Assembly (NCBI GenBank): GCA_037147155.1
Contig: JBAWVR010000002.1
Location: 1-38,573 of the forward strand
Reading direction: 5' to 3'
Origin: a bacterium
GTDB taxonomy: Bacteria > Patescibacteriota > Minisyncoccia > Phycocordibacterales > GWA1-40-21
Length of the DNA stretch: 38,573 nucleotides
Within the stretch, counting starts at the first letter, position 1. The number at the start of each line of letters is the position of its first letter. A model generated the notes under the pieces. That model saw only the letters and a list, made by a program, of their open reading frames with translations. It searched no databases and was not told where the DNA came from. Below are positions 16,933 to 25,301 of the stretch, in pieces. The position numbers were made by a program, and so were the translations under genes.

Positions 16933-19578
16933 ATGCCTCCAATCAACAATTTCACTACCAAAGCCAAGGAATCGATTCGCCGAGCCCATGAGCTGGCTAT
17001 TGAGCGAGGGCAGAATCATGTTAATCCAATTCATCTATTGGCCTCTTTGGTTTTACAAGAAGACAGCATCGTCAATTCTATTTTAGATAAAATGGAGGTG
17101 GATACTGTGCTTTTGACGGATTCACTTTTGGAGGCGATTGAAGGAGATGGTTCTTCAAATACCGTTGCCCCTTCTATGCAAATGTATCTGACTCCAGATT
17201 TAGCAATGGTTTTGGATAATTCCAGTAAAGTGGCGAAAGAGCTCAAGGATGAGTTTATCTCCACCGAACATTTGTTTTTGTCTTTGTTCGATACTCCATC
17301 TGCGGCCAGGGACTTGATTGGACGTTTTAAACTTGACCGTAATAAGATTATGGCGACCTTAAATGAGGTGCGTAATTCGCCAACTCCAATTCAGTCTCCA
17401 AAACAATTTAAAGTGCTGAGCAAATTTACTCGCAGTCTAACCAAGATGGCCAAGGAAAATAAACTTGACCCAGTCATTGGTCGTGATACCGAGATTTCTC
17501 GTATTATCCAAATATTATCTCGACGTACCAAAAATAATCCAATCTTGATTGGTGAAGCTGGTGTAGGAAAAACCGCTATTGCTGAAGGTTTAGCCAATCG
17601 TATTGCCCAAGGTGATGTTCCAGATTCTTTAAAAGATAAAGATATTGTTTCACTTGATATTGGACTTTTGATTGCTGGCACAAAATATCGCGGCGAGTTC
17701 GAAGAGCGTCTAAAAAATATTATTAAAGAAGTCGAGCGAGCCGAAGGCAAAATAATTTTGTTTATTGATGAACTTCATATGATTGTTGGTGCTGGTTCAT
17801 CTGAGGGTTCACTCGATGCTTCCAACATGTTAAAGCCCGCTTTGGCGCGTGGAGAGCTCCGAGTTATTGGGGCGACAACATTTAAAGAGTATCAAAAGCA
17901 TATCGAAAAGGATCCAGCTTTGACCCGCCGTTTTCAGCCCGTCTATGTGAATGAACCATCGATTGAAGACGCTATCGCAATTTTGCGTGGTCTCAAAGAA
18001 AAATATGAGTTGTATCACGGTGTCCGTATTACCGATGAATCTATTTTGGCAGCTGTCAATTTATCGTCGCGTTACATTTCAGATAGATTCTTGCCGGATA
18101 AAGCCGTGGACTTGATTGATGAAGCGTCATCAGCTTTGAAAATTTCTTTGGAAAACATGCCACCAATTTTGGAAGAAACTCATCGCAAAGTCATGCGCCT
18201 TGAGATTGAACGTGAAGCCTTGAAAAAAGAAGCTGAAGAAGGGAAGACCGATGCCCAAAAACGCACCAAGATTATCGAGAAAGAAATTGCTGACTTGAAA
18301 GAAAAGACGGCCGAGACAGAGCTCAAGTGGAAAAATGAAAAGGAAACTATTGCTACTATAAAAGATGCCAAGAAGAAATTAGAAACCTTGCGCTTAGAAG
18401 CCGAGGAGTCAGAATCCAAAGCCGACCTAACTCGCGCGGCTGAAATTAGATATGGTGAAATACCAGCCGTAGAAAAAACTTTAGACACCGCGGCCAAGAG
18501 ATTAAAAAAATTGCAGTCATTCCGCAGAATATTAAAAGAAGAAATTACAGAAGCAGATATTGCCGATGTCGTTTCTCGTTGGACTGGTGTACCTGTCTCT
18601 CGCATGCTTGAGGCTGAAGCGGAAAAGCTTGGCCGCATGGAACAAGAATTGGAGAAGAGAGTGGTTGGTCAAGATGAAGCTGTCCGAAAAATTTCAGACA
18701 CCATCAAGCGCTCTCGTGCCGGCATTTCTGATCCCAATCGTCCGATTGGTTCATTTATCTTCCTCGGCCCAACCGGTGTCGGTAAAACTGAGCTAACCAA
18801 AGCCTTGGCTGAGTTTATGTTTGATGATGATAAATCTTTGATTCGCTTGGACATGTCTGAGTACATGGAAAAACATTCTGTCTCCAAGCTAGTCGGTGCA
18901 CCTCCTGGCTATGTCGGTCACGAAGAAGGCGGATCATTTACGGAAACAGTTCGTCATCGTCCATACTCTGTAATTTTGTTTGATGAAATTGAGAAAGCTC
19001 ATCCGGAAGTCTTTAATATTTTGCTTCAGATTTTGGATAATGGTCGCTTGACTGACTCTAAGGGTCGCGTAGTGAACTTCCGCAACACAGTGATTATTTT
19101 GACATCGAACATTGGTGCCCAATATATCGACAAGATGGAGAGACTTGGTTTTAATAGTGAAAATTCTGTAGAGAGTGACTATAAGGAAGCCAAGACCAAA
19201 GTAATGAATAGTCTGAAAGAATTCTTCCGACCAGAATTTTTGAACCGTCTTGACGATGTAATTATCTTTGACGTTTTAAGTAAAGAAGTGATTCGTCAGA
19301 TTGTTGATATCCAAATTGATATTGTTCGTAAACGTTTAGAAAACAAAGGTATGAAATTGACTCTATCAAAAGAGGCTGTCGAATATCTGGCTAAGGAAGG
19401 TTACAATCCGCAATACGGTGCTAGACCTTTGAAGAGATTGATTCAAGATAAAATTTTAAATCCTGTAGCTCATTTCATGATTGCTAAAGGTTTAATGAAC
19501 AGTGGAGATATTAATGTGACGATGAAGGGCGGGGAAATATTGGTAGAGTCGAAGAAGGGGAAGAAGATTGGAAAGTAA
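16933..19578 (+). CDS. clpB: ATP-dependent chaperone ClpB
   Basis: 881 aa. Clp N-domain, two AAA+ modules ([10 protein letters not shown] and [10 protein letters not shown]), and a long coiled-coil middle domain. Confidence 0.95.
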   Translation: MPPINNFTTKAKESIRRAHELAIERGQNHVNPIHLLASLVLQEDSIVNSILDKMEVDTVLLTDSLLEAIEGDGSSNTVAPSMQMYLTPDLAMVLDNSSKVAKELKDEFISTEHLFLSLFDTPSAARDLIGRFKLDRNKIMATLNEVRNSPTPIQSPKQFKVLSKFTRSLTKMAKENKLDPVIGRDTEISRIIQILSRRTKNNPILIGEAGVGKTAIAEGLANRIAQGDVPDSLKDKDIVSLDIGLLIAGTKYRGEFEERLKNIIKEVERAEGKIILFIDELHMIVGAGSSEGSLDASNMLKPALARGELRVIGATTFKEYQKHIEKDPALTRRFQPVYVNEPSIEDAIAILRGLKEKYELYHGVRITDESILAAVNLSSRYISDRFLPDKAVDLIDEASSALKISLENMPPILEETHRKVMRLEIEREALKKEAEEGKTDAQKRTKIIEKEIADLKEKTAETELKWKNEKETIATIKDAKKKLETLRLEAEESESKADLTRAAEIRYGEIPAVEKTLDTAAKRLKKLQSFRRILKEEITEADIADVVSRWTGVPVSRMLEAEAEKLGRMEQELEKRVVGQDEAVRKISDTIKRSRAGISDPNRPIGSFIFLGPTGVGKTELTKALAEFMFDDDKSLIRLDMSEYMEKHSVSKLVGAPPGYVGHEEGGSFTETVRHRPYSVILFDEIEKAHPEVFNILLQILDNGRLTDSKGRVVNFRNTVIILTSNIGAQYIDKMERLGFNSENSVESDYKEAKTKVMNSLKEFFRPEFLNRLDDVIIFDVLSKEVIRQIVDIQIDIVRKRLENKGMKLTLSKEAVEYLAKEGYNPQYGARPLKRLIQDKILNPVAHFMIAKGLMNSGDINVTMKGGEILVESKKGKKIGK

Positions 19579-19585
19579 AAAATAA

Positions 19586-19615
19586 AACCACTCAGTGTAA
19601 ATGGGTGGTTTTGTT
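19586..19615 (+). terminator. intrinsic terminator after clpB
   Basis: aaaccactc / gggtggttt stem plus a T-run. Confidence 0.8.
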
Positions 19616-19998
19616 ATTAAATATTTTAGGATAAAAGTGAAAGCCCGGTACGCCATCAGTTATATGGACAATACCGGGTTGAGACCTAGGTGGTCTCGGG
19701 TTTTCAACATTATGGGGGTATGGTTGAAAAATAACTTGGCACGACACCCCAGTGTCGCGGAAGTCCATGATCAACTTCATAGTGGTTATACGTTAGGCAT
19801 ATTATGATGCCGAACGGGCCACAGAGAAGTGTATGGGTACTCATGGACAAGGAACCCAATCTGATATGAGTATAGCATATTCAATATGTATTGTCAAGTG
19901 AATTGTGTTTTTATTAAACAAAGCACAAAAATCACTAGTATTATGGCCAATTTTAATGGGTGCAGTGAAAAATTGAAAAACTTTGCTTAAAGAAAAAA

Positions 19999-20724
19999 CT
20001 AGAAGTTAATTATCCAGGCAGATTGAGTTATGTAGTCAGAGCCTTCAAGAATCTTTTTCGTTTCCAGGGCTTCCACGTCAGTTAATTTGAATCTTTCTGC
20101 CAATACTCCAGACAGACCTTCAACTTTTCTATCTTGTATCTTTTCAAAGTTTAGATCTAGTTCTTGCATAAAACCCTCAATATGTTTTGGTGTGCTGAAA
20201 AAGAACTCATTTCTCTTAAGCTTTGGAATAATTCCGCTAAAAAGTTTTTCAGAAGCAGTTTGTAATGGAATAGGATTATCAGAATCTGCGCCTTGATGCT
20301 GAATAATCGCGATTTTTTTTGTTATCCTTTTGATTTCAGTTAAGATTTTATTTTGATCCTCGAAAGTATTCCAAGCAATAGAGTAGCGAGCGATAACTAC
20401 ATCAAAAGCTTTGTCGGAAACAGGAATATTCTTCAGGTTGGAGATAATTTTCTTCATGGCTTGATTATCCTTTAAATCATCCCCATTTACATCAATGGCT
20501 GTCGTTATAAAATTGTAATCAGGCAGGAGCGAAATAAAGTCCGTGAGAAATGCTCCTTTGTGGCTTCCCAAGTCGGCCAAAGTATATTCACCTGGATTTA
20601 ATTTTTCTTTTAGTTTGTTTGTCAAAAATTGAGCTGACTCCTTGTAAATTAGTTTAATAGCCTCAGTAGATCCTTCACCGTGAAAGAGAATGTCAGCGTT
20701 AGCACCTTGGTCTTTTTGATTCAT
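19999..20724 (-). CDS. SAM-dependent methyltransferase-like protein
   Basis: Start taken at MNQKDQG. LADLGSHKG (motif I-like), AIDVN and FDVVIARYS are consistent with a Rossmann-fold methyltransferase. Substrate unknown. Confidence 0.55.
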   Translation of the reverse strand: MNQKDQGANADILFHGEGSTEAIKLIYKESAQFLTNKLKEKLNPGEYTLADLGSHKGAFLTDFISLLPDYNFITTAIDVNGDDLKDNQAMKKIISNLKNIPVSDKAFDVVIARYSIAWNTFEDQNKILTEIKRITKKIAIIQHQGADSDNPIPLQTASEKLFSGIIPKLKRNEFFFSTPKHIEGFMQELDLNFEKIQDRKVEGLSGVLAERFKLTDVEALETKKILEGSDYITQSAWIINF

Positions 20725-20828
20725 ATCTAAATAGTATAAGATAGTTACAAAATTTTGCCAAACCACCAACCGCATTTACTTATAGACATTTTCTAAATAT
20801 TGGTTATAATAGCCAGGTAAGTAAATAT

Positions 20829-20912
20829 GCGCAGGTGGCGGAGTGGTCAATCGCAGCAGACTGTAAATCTGTCGCCCATTGGGCTACGGGGGTTCAAATC
20901 CCTCCCTGCGCA
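20829..20912 (+). tRNA. tRNA-Tyr (anticodon GTA)
   Basis: Acceptor gcgcagg/cctgcgc, anticodon loop actgtaaat context, long variable arm, T-loop ttcaaat. Confidence 0.92.
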
Positions 20913-20954
20913 CACGAAAACAATCGACCGGAGACGGTCGATTTTTTCTTTGCG
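20913..20954 (+). terminator. intrinsic terminator after tRNA-Tyr
   Basis: aatcgaccg gaga cggtcgatt plus a T-run. It is embedded in a longer imperfect hairpin that reaches the tRNA 3' end and its inverted copy. Confidence 0.75.
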
Positions 20955-21092
20955 TGCGCAGGGAGGGATTTGAAAGACGGAGCACACGGAGCGGAGCTAA
21001 GTCCAAGTCTACCAAGACTTGGGTGCGAGTCCGGGTCGGAAAAATTCACGAGTGACGATGAGTGAATTATTTCTGACAATTCCCTCCCTGCG
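20955..21092 (+). repeat. tRNA-matched trailing module, unit E1 (long form)
   Basis: 20955-20974 is a perfect 20/20 reverse complement of tRNA-Tyr 20893-20912. Then AGACGGAGCACACGGAGCGGAGCTAAGTC, a hairpin, GGTGCGAGTCCGGGTCGG, a hairpin with a GTGACGAT loop, ATTTCTGACAATT, and the direct copy ccctccctgcg. Confidence 0.75.
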
Positions 21093-21218
21093 TAGGGATT
21101 TGAAAGACGGGAGAATATTTTTAGTAAAAAATTTGCTGAGACGGGGTCGCGAGTACTTAGACTTTTGAAATTTTGTAATTTCAAAAGACTTAGTAACTCG
21201 TGACCAAATCCCTCGCAC
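21093..21218 (+). repeat. tRNA-matched trailing module, unit E2 (short form)
   Basis: tagggattt GAAAGACGGG, a hairpin with a tagtaa loop, GAGaCGGGGTCGCGAG (21142), a long hairpin, CGTGACC (21200), then aaatccctcgca pairing back to the 5' arm. Confidence 0.75.
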
Positions 21219-21265
21219 ACTATGTACGTTTGGCTTTTCTCTCGTTTTACGCTAATATACACCTT

Positions 21266-22396
21266 GTGAACAAGGATAAACGACAAGGCTTAAGAACCTG
21301 GCTGGAAATTGATACCAAAGCGGCAAAACACAACTTTGCTGAGTTTCGACGTACCATTTCTCCCAAGGCGAAAATTATGGCGGTTGTAAAATCCAATGCT
21401 TATGGTAATGGCTTCTTTGACTACGCCAAACTCATTGATGAAATAGGGGCAGACTGGCTAGGTGTGGACTCTGTGATTGAAGCCAAAACTTTGAGAGGTG
21501 AGGGAATAAAAAAACCGATTTTGATCATGGGTTATACTTTGCCAGAAATGCTATCAGTTGCTGCTAAAAATGATGCCTCAATTTCTGTTTCTAACTTTGA
21601 ATATTTTAAGCACCTAGCACAGTTGAAAGAAAAAAATAAAATCAAAATACATATCAAGGTAGACACCGGGATGCGCCGCCATGGTTTTGACGTTAAAGAT
21701 ATGAAGAAACTATTTTCGGAAATAAAAAAACTAGCCAACAAGATTGAGATTGAAGGTTTGTATACTCATCTGGCTAATGCAGCAGATAAAGACCTGTCCG
21801 AAAAGCAAATCGCTGAATATAAAATCTGGAAAAAAGAATTTGAAAACAAGGGCTACAAACCACTACATCATGTTTGTGGTACTGGCGGCACTATGCTCCA
21901 CCCAGAGGCTCATTTTGACCTGGTGCGAGTAGGTATCGGTCTGTATGGTATGTGGCCGAGCCCAGAGGCTAAAATGATTGTTGGTGACAAAATGAATTTG
22001 AAGCCAGTTCTGTCTTGGCGAACCGTGGTGGGCGAAATAAAAAAACTCAAAGCTGGAGAGGGAATTAGTTATGATTTGTCCGAAGTGGTTAGTCGCGATA
22101 CTGTCGTGGCGGTGTGCCCGATAGGTTATTGGCATGGCCTATTCCGCTCTATGTCTAGCAAGGCCAAGTTTTTGGTGAATGGTGTACCTTGCAAGGTCCT
22201 TGGTCGTGTTTGTATGGATATTGTTATGATTGACGTCACCGACGCAGGTAAAGTAAAGATTGGTGATGAAGTGACGATTGTTGGTAAATCAAAAAATTCT
22301 GAAAACACTATGGAGTATTTAGCTGAGACGGCGGGTACCTCAGCTTACGAATTTTCCACCAGAATCAATCCATTGATCAAGAAAATTTTGCTATAG
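21266..22396 (+). CDS. alr: alanine racemase
   Basis: TWLEID.., the PLP-lysine motif AVVKSNAYGNG, and a C-terminal YDLS..VCPIGYWHG. The start is uncertain. The track start GTG 21200 lies inside module E2, so the in-frame GTG at 21266 just before the conserved N-terminus is preferred. Confidence 0.85.
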   Translation: MNKDKRQGLRTWLEIDTKAAKHNFAEFRRTISPKAKIMAVVKSNAYGNGFFDYAKLIDEIGADWLGVDSVIEAKTLRGEGIKKPILIMGYTLPEMLSVAAKNDASISVSNFEYFKHLAQLKEKNKIKIHIKVDTGMRRHGFDVKDMKKLFSEIKKLANKIEIEGLYTHLANAADKDLSEKQIAEYKIWKKEFENKGYKPLHHVCGTGGTMLHPEAHFDLVRVGIGLYGMWPSPEAKMIVGDKMNLKPVLSWRTVVGEIKKLKAGEGISYDLSEVVSRDTVVAVCPIGYWHGLFRSMSSKAKFLVNGVPCKVLGRVCMDIVMIDVTDAGKVKIGDEVTIVGKSKNSENTMEYLAETAGTSAYEFSTRINPLIKKILL

Positions 22397-22469
22397 TTGA
22401 CTCTCGGTCTATTCAGGAGTATTTTTATTATAGGCTTTGTTCTAACTACAACCATCAAGGAGGAAAACT

Positions 22470-22613
22470 ATGAACTGGTTTTTGATCTGTTTGGTGATTA
22501 TTCTATCTGTCGTCTGTATATGGGCAATCGTCTGGGCTTTTAAAGCAAATATTAAAGCTTGTGCCGACTTGGATAAACAACATCCAAGGCCACCAGTTGA
22601 GCCCAGTGATTGA
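22470..22613 (+). CDS. 47-aa hydrophobic small protein (not in the ORF track)
   Basis: aaggagg SD 7 nt before the ATG. MNWFLICLVIILSVVCIWAIVWAF is a TM helix, followed by a charged, proline-rich tail. Confidence 0.5.
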   Translation: MNWFLICLVIILSVVCIWAIVWAFKANIKACADLDKQHPRPPVEPSD

Positions 22614-22828
22614 TTCGTTGGCGCAAACCACCGTTGTTTGTGTGCAAGCACAGGTAAACCAACAGAAAGGAACACCATGAAAAAGTACTACCCATCACAA
22701 GATGGCGTGTACAAGATCCTGCCGGTCTGAAGGGCACGAAGGTTTCGAAGTATTCACACTTCTGATCTTCAGCACTAAAACCGTCCTCTTCTCCCAAGGG
22801 GCCGGTTTTATATTTGGGAAAATATATG

Positions 22829-22856
22829 TTGACAAAAATATATTTTGGTGTATTAT
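22829..22856 (+). promoter_or_regulatory. near-consensus sigma70-type promoter
   Basis: TTGACA (22829-22834), a 16-nt spacer ending in TG, then TATTAT (22851-22856). It lies about 50 nt upstream of the 22905 ORF. Confidence 0.55.
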
Positions 22857-22904
22857 TTATTTTGAAGCACATTGAAACGCCATTTTTCGAAAAGGAGAGG
22901 TATT

Positions 22905-23156
22905 ATGCTAAAACTGATACTGACTTTATATACAGCTCTTACGGAAACGTTTGTGGTTGGTAGTGGAGATTTTCCCGCTTTACCCGTGGAACATATAGAA
23001 ATGTTCTGCATCGAACCAATGGAATCTTTTGGGATTCCGCTATTGGGTCTAGGTAAACCCGAACTTCAAGATACTGCTTATTGCAACGCTTTCCGCGGTC
23101 AGAGCTTTTTCGAAACCGCGTTTATTCTGGGGAGATACCCAAGTGGTTTCAAGTGA
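22905..23156 (+). CDS. hypothetical 83-aa protein
   Basis: aaaggagagg SD before the ATG at 22905. The track start at 22872 is a less likely upstream alternative. A GC-rich terminator follows. Confidence 0.5.
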   Translation: MLKLILTLYTALTETFVVGSGDFPALPVEHIEMFCIEPMESFGIPLLGLGKPELQDTAYCNAFRGQSFFETAFILGRYPSGFK

Positions 23157-23189
23157 CCACCTGGGTATATAGATCGCCCGTTTAAGCCT

Positions 23190-23228
23190 GCCGGCCGCCC
23201 TTTCTCCAGATGGGTGCGCCGGCTTTTT
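23190..23228 (+). terminator. intrinsic terminator
   Basis: gccggccgc ... gcgccggc stem plus ttttt. Confidence 0.7.
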
Positions 23229-23294
23229 CATTTATAGACCCTTGCTTTTTACTAAAACATAATATATACTTGCTTGGTATTAAACATTAAATTT

Positions 23295-23453
23295 ATGTCA
23301 CAAGTCCAATTGATCAAACTCGGCTGTAAAACCTGTAAGCGAATTAATTACTGGAGCCGTAAGAATAAGAAGAAAGTTGAGCGCAAAATTGAGCTCAAGA
23401 AACTCTGCAAATGGTGTAAAAAAGTTACCATTCACAAAGAAGTTAAGAAATAA
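23295..23453 (+). CDS. rpmG: 50S ribosomal protein L33 (not in the ORF track)
   Basis: 52 aa: MSQVQLIKLGCKTCKRINYWSRKNKKKVERKIELKKLCKWCKKVTIHKEVKK. Two CxxC pairs and the L33 signature NY..KNKK..E.KKxC..C. Confidence 0.9.
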   Translation: MSQVQLIKLGCKTCKRINYWSRKNKKKVERKIELKKLCKWCKKVTIHKEVKK

Positions 23454-23462
23454 TTCTAAAAC

Positions 23463-23486
23463 AAAAAACCGCGAGAGCGGTTTTTT
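23463..23486 (+). terminator. intrinsic terminator after rpmG
   Basis: aaaaaaccgc gaga gcggtttttt. Confidence 0.85.
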
Positions 23487-23531
23487 GTTTGGTTGCTGAA
23501 AACAATATTTTAGGTTAAGATAGTTGGGTTA

Positions 23532-23603
23532 GGGTCCATAGTTTCAATGGTAAAACATCGCACTCCAAACGCGAGGTTCCCCGTTCGAGTCGGGGTGGGC
23601 CCG
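23532..23603 (+). tRNA. tRNA-Trp (anticodon CCA)
   Basis: Acceptor gggtcca/tgggccc (one G-U pair), anticodon loop ctccaaa context (cgcactccaaacgcg), T-arm ccccgttcgagtcgggg. Confidence 0.9.
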
Positions 23604-23635
23604 CAAATAAAAACGCCGAAAGGCGTATTTTTATT
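23604..23635 (+). terminator. intrinsic terminator after tRNA-Trp
   Basis: caaataaaaacgcc gaaa ggcgtatttttatt. With the flanking tgggcccg / cgggccca it forms a roughly 49-nt near-perfect palindrome. Confidence 0.8.
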
Positions 23636-23781
23636 TGCGGGCCCACAGCAGACAAACTGCTTTGTCTGCGTCCCGACTCGAAAGACGGAGCCATGTTTTT
23701 CTAGTAAGAAAAACAGGCGAGTCAGGATCGTGAAAATTAATCAATGACGATTGATTAATTATTCCTGATGATTCGGGGTGG
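23636..23781 (+). repeat. tRNA-matched trailing module, unit F1
   Basis: tgcgggccca + 26-nt hairpin + cccgactcgaa is the inverted tRNA-Trp 3' end. Then AGACGGAG, a hairpin with a tagtaa loop (23702), GCGAGTCAGGATCGTG, a hairpin with an ATGACGAT loop, ATTCCTGATGATT, and the direct copy cggggtgg. Confidence 0.7.
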
Positions 23782-23893
23782 CCCCGACTCGAAAGGCGCA
23801 AGTATATTTTGCTTTGCAAAGCAAAATACTGAGCCGGGATCGCGGAATTTTGTGAGCGACGGCGAGCAAAATATTTGTGACGATTCGGGGTGG
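23782..23893 (+). repeat. tRNA-matched trailing module, unit F2
   Basis: ccccgactcGAAAGGCG, a hairpin, CTGAGCCGGGATCGCGG, a hairpin, TGTGACG, then attcggggtgg. Confidence 0.7.
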
Positions 23894-23946
23894 ATTATTT
23901 AACCGCCGACAATTTAGAATATTCCCGATGATTCGGGGTGGGCCCA
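23894..23946 (+). repeat. terminal direct copy of the tRNA-Trp 3' end
   Basis: ..aatattcccgatgattcggggtgggccca matches the tRNA sequence gagtcggggtgggcccg at 15 of 17 positions. Confidence 0.5.
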
Positions 23947-23956
23947 TCTCCTCGGT

Positions 23957-24856
23957 TTATTTTTTTGTCATAAACTTTCTTATCAACTTCGCAATCCTAT
24001 TCTTATCTTTAAGTTCAAACCATTGAATATTTCTATCACGGCGAAACCAACCCTTTTGTCGGCGAGCATATTGCCAGATAGCCGAGTTCAATTGTTCTAT
24101 CATCTGGTCTTTGGTTATCTGTCCTGTGAGATAGCGGGTGAGATAGCGATACTCCAAACCAAAACCCTCCATGCGTTTCCAAGACACCCCATTATCATGA
24201 AGTTTTCTAATCTCTCTTAACATGCCCACCTTTAATCTTTTGATTAAACGTTTATAGATTCTTTCTTTCAAAACTTCATCAGGTGCAATAACTCCGATTT
24301 GTAGTACATTATATGGCTGTGATGTTTGAACCGGCGGGACTGAACCAATAGTTAAAACAATTTCCAACGCTCGAACAATTTTTACTTTGTTATTTTTATC
24401 AATACGGTCAAAAGTCTTTTTGTCCAATCTTTCCAATTGTCTGAGCAGGGAAGTCAGAGTTTTCTTTTCTAATTTAGCTCGTAGAATTTTATTTGGTTTA
24501 ACACTCGGATAAACAACATCATTGATAACAGCTTGAATATAGAAGCCAGTGCCACCACATATAATAGGAGTGTTTTGACGCTCCAGAATGCCCTTGATCG
24601 CCTTGTTGGCGTCTCTTTGGTATTTTGTTACATTGTATTCCGTCATTGGTTCTACGATGTCTAAGAGATGGTGGGGAACACCAAGCATTTCTTTCTTGGT
24701 GATCTTGCCAGTACCAATAGTCATACCGCGATAGATTTGACGGGAGTCAGCACTAACAATCTCGCCATGAATATCTTTGGCGAGTTCTACGGCGAGGTCA
24801 CTTTTACCGACAGCGGTTGGACCGAGGATAACGATTAATTTTGGTTTAGCAGACAT
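23957..24856 (-). CDS. miaA: tRNA dimethylallyltransferase
   Basis: Start taken at MSAKPKLIVILGPTAVGKS (P-loop). DSRQIYRGMTIGTGK and GGTGFY motifs. Confidence 0.9.
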   Translation of the reverse strand: MSAKPKLIVILGPTAVGKSDLAVELAKDIHGEIVSADSRQIYRGMTIGTGKITKKEMLGVPHHLLDIVEPMTEYNVTKYQRDANKAIKGILERQNTPIICGGTGFYIQAVINDVVYPSVKPNKILRAKLEKKTLTSLLRQLERLDKKTFDRIDKNNKVKIVRALEIVLTIGSVPPVQTSQPYNVLQIGVIAPDEVLKERIYKRLIKRLKVGMLREIRKLHDNGVSWKRMEGFGLEYRYLTRYLTGQITKDQMIEQLNSAIWQYARRQKGWFRRDRNIQWFELKDKNRIAKLIRKFMTKK

Positions 24857-24892
24857 TGATTTAAGATTGGCACAAGAATAGGCGTTTGGCAA

Positions 24893-24917
24893 GGTACAAA
24901 GGGTTACCCTTTGTACC
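24893..24917. promoter_or_regulatory. perfect 11-bp inverted repeat upstream of miaA
   Basis: ggtacaaaggg tta ccctttgtacc, 37 nt upstream of the miaA start codon. It could be an operator or a 5'-UTR hairpin. Confidence 0.4.
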
Positions 24918-24920
24918 TTT

Positions 24921-24950
24921 GTAAAAAGAAAACCAGCCGAGGGGCTGGTT
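24921..24950 (-). terminator. intrinsic terminator of the 59-aa ORF
   Basis: On the minus strand: aaccagcc cctc ggctggtt plus ttcttttt. Confidence 0.75.
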
Positions 24951-24970
24951 TGGTGTGATTGAGGGCAGTG

Positions 24971-25150
24971 TTATTTCTTGCCCTTGGCTTTTTGGAGTTG
25001 GAGCTTGGCCTCATCGAGAAGGACTTTGGTCTCAGTTTTTTGAGTGGGTGTTTGATTGCGCTTCTTGAAAAGCCTATTCAAACGTACAACTTTGTCCTCG
25101 GCGATTTGGATAGGGCTTTGACCCCGTCTGTGGAACATGTCTTCTGACAT
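24971..25150 (-). CDS. 59-aa basic hypothetical protein (below the ORF-track cutoff)
   Basis: MSEDMFHRRGQSPIQIAEDKVVRLNRLFKKRNQTPTQKTETKVLLDEAKLQLQKAKGKK. Weak SD (aaaagga) and its own terminator. Confidence 0.5.
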   Translation of the reverse strand: MSEDMFHRRGQSPIQIAEDKVVRLNRLFKKRNQTPTQKTETKVLLDEAKLQLQKAKGKK

Positions 25151-25239
25151 AATTATAATCCTTTTGGGTTAATGGCAAAAACCGTTGCCATATGTTTATC
25201 TGTGAATGATATTAGAACATTTTGAGTGGAATGGCAAGG

Positions 25240-25301
25240 GGGGGAGACGGGAGAGAGACTTGGTCACGAGTTTCTTCCTCGTCGTCGCCGAAAGAATAAT
25301 C
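25240..25301 (-). repeat. tRNA-matched trailing module, G tail (second direct arm copy)
   Basis: Minus strand attattctttcggcgacgacgaggaagaaactcGTGACCaagtctctctcccg. This is a second direct copy of the tRNA-Leu(CAA) T-stem/acceptor strand. Confidence 0.55.

Noticed and set aside
19755-19850. GGAAGTCCATG resembles the RNase P RNA CR-I/P4 sequence (GGAAAGUCCAUG in type B), and a complementary CATGGAC lies downstream.
   Set aside because: The two strands are only about 80 nt apart, whereas P4 strands are separated by about 280-300 nt. The ACAGAA/ACAAAA context of the 3' strand is missing, and no other RNase P conserved region is visible.
20955-20974. The antisense of the tRNA 3' end could be a retroelement primer-binding site.
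   Set aside because: A PBS should begin with TGG, complementary to the added CCA. The copies are preceded by gcg, ttg, att or atg instead. There is no RT, LTR or other retroelement feature nearby.
23764-23795. Hammerhead-ribozyme-like CTGATGA ... GAAA pair flanking a hairpin at the F1/F2 junction, with the analogous CTGACAA ... GAAA at 21073-21106.
   Set aside because: The intervening hairpin is not flush with the core: there is an extra U on the 5' side and CUC or UUU on the 3' side, so there is no G10.1-C11.1 closing pair. No stem III or cleavage-site context can be drawn. The GAA of GAAAG derives from the inverted T-loop. This is not a canonical hammerhead, although self-cleavage remains worth testing.
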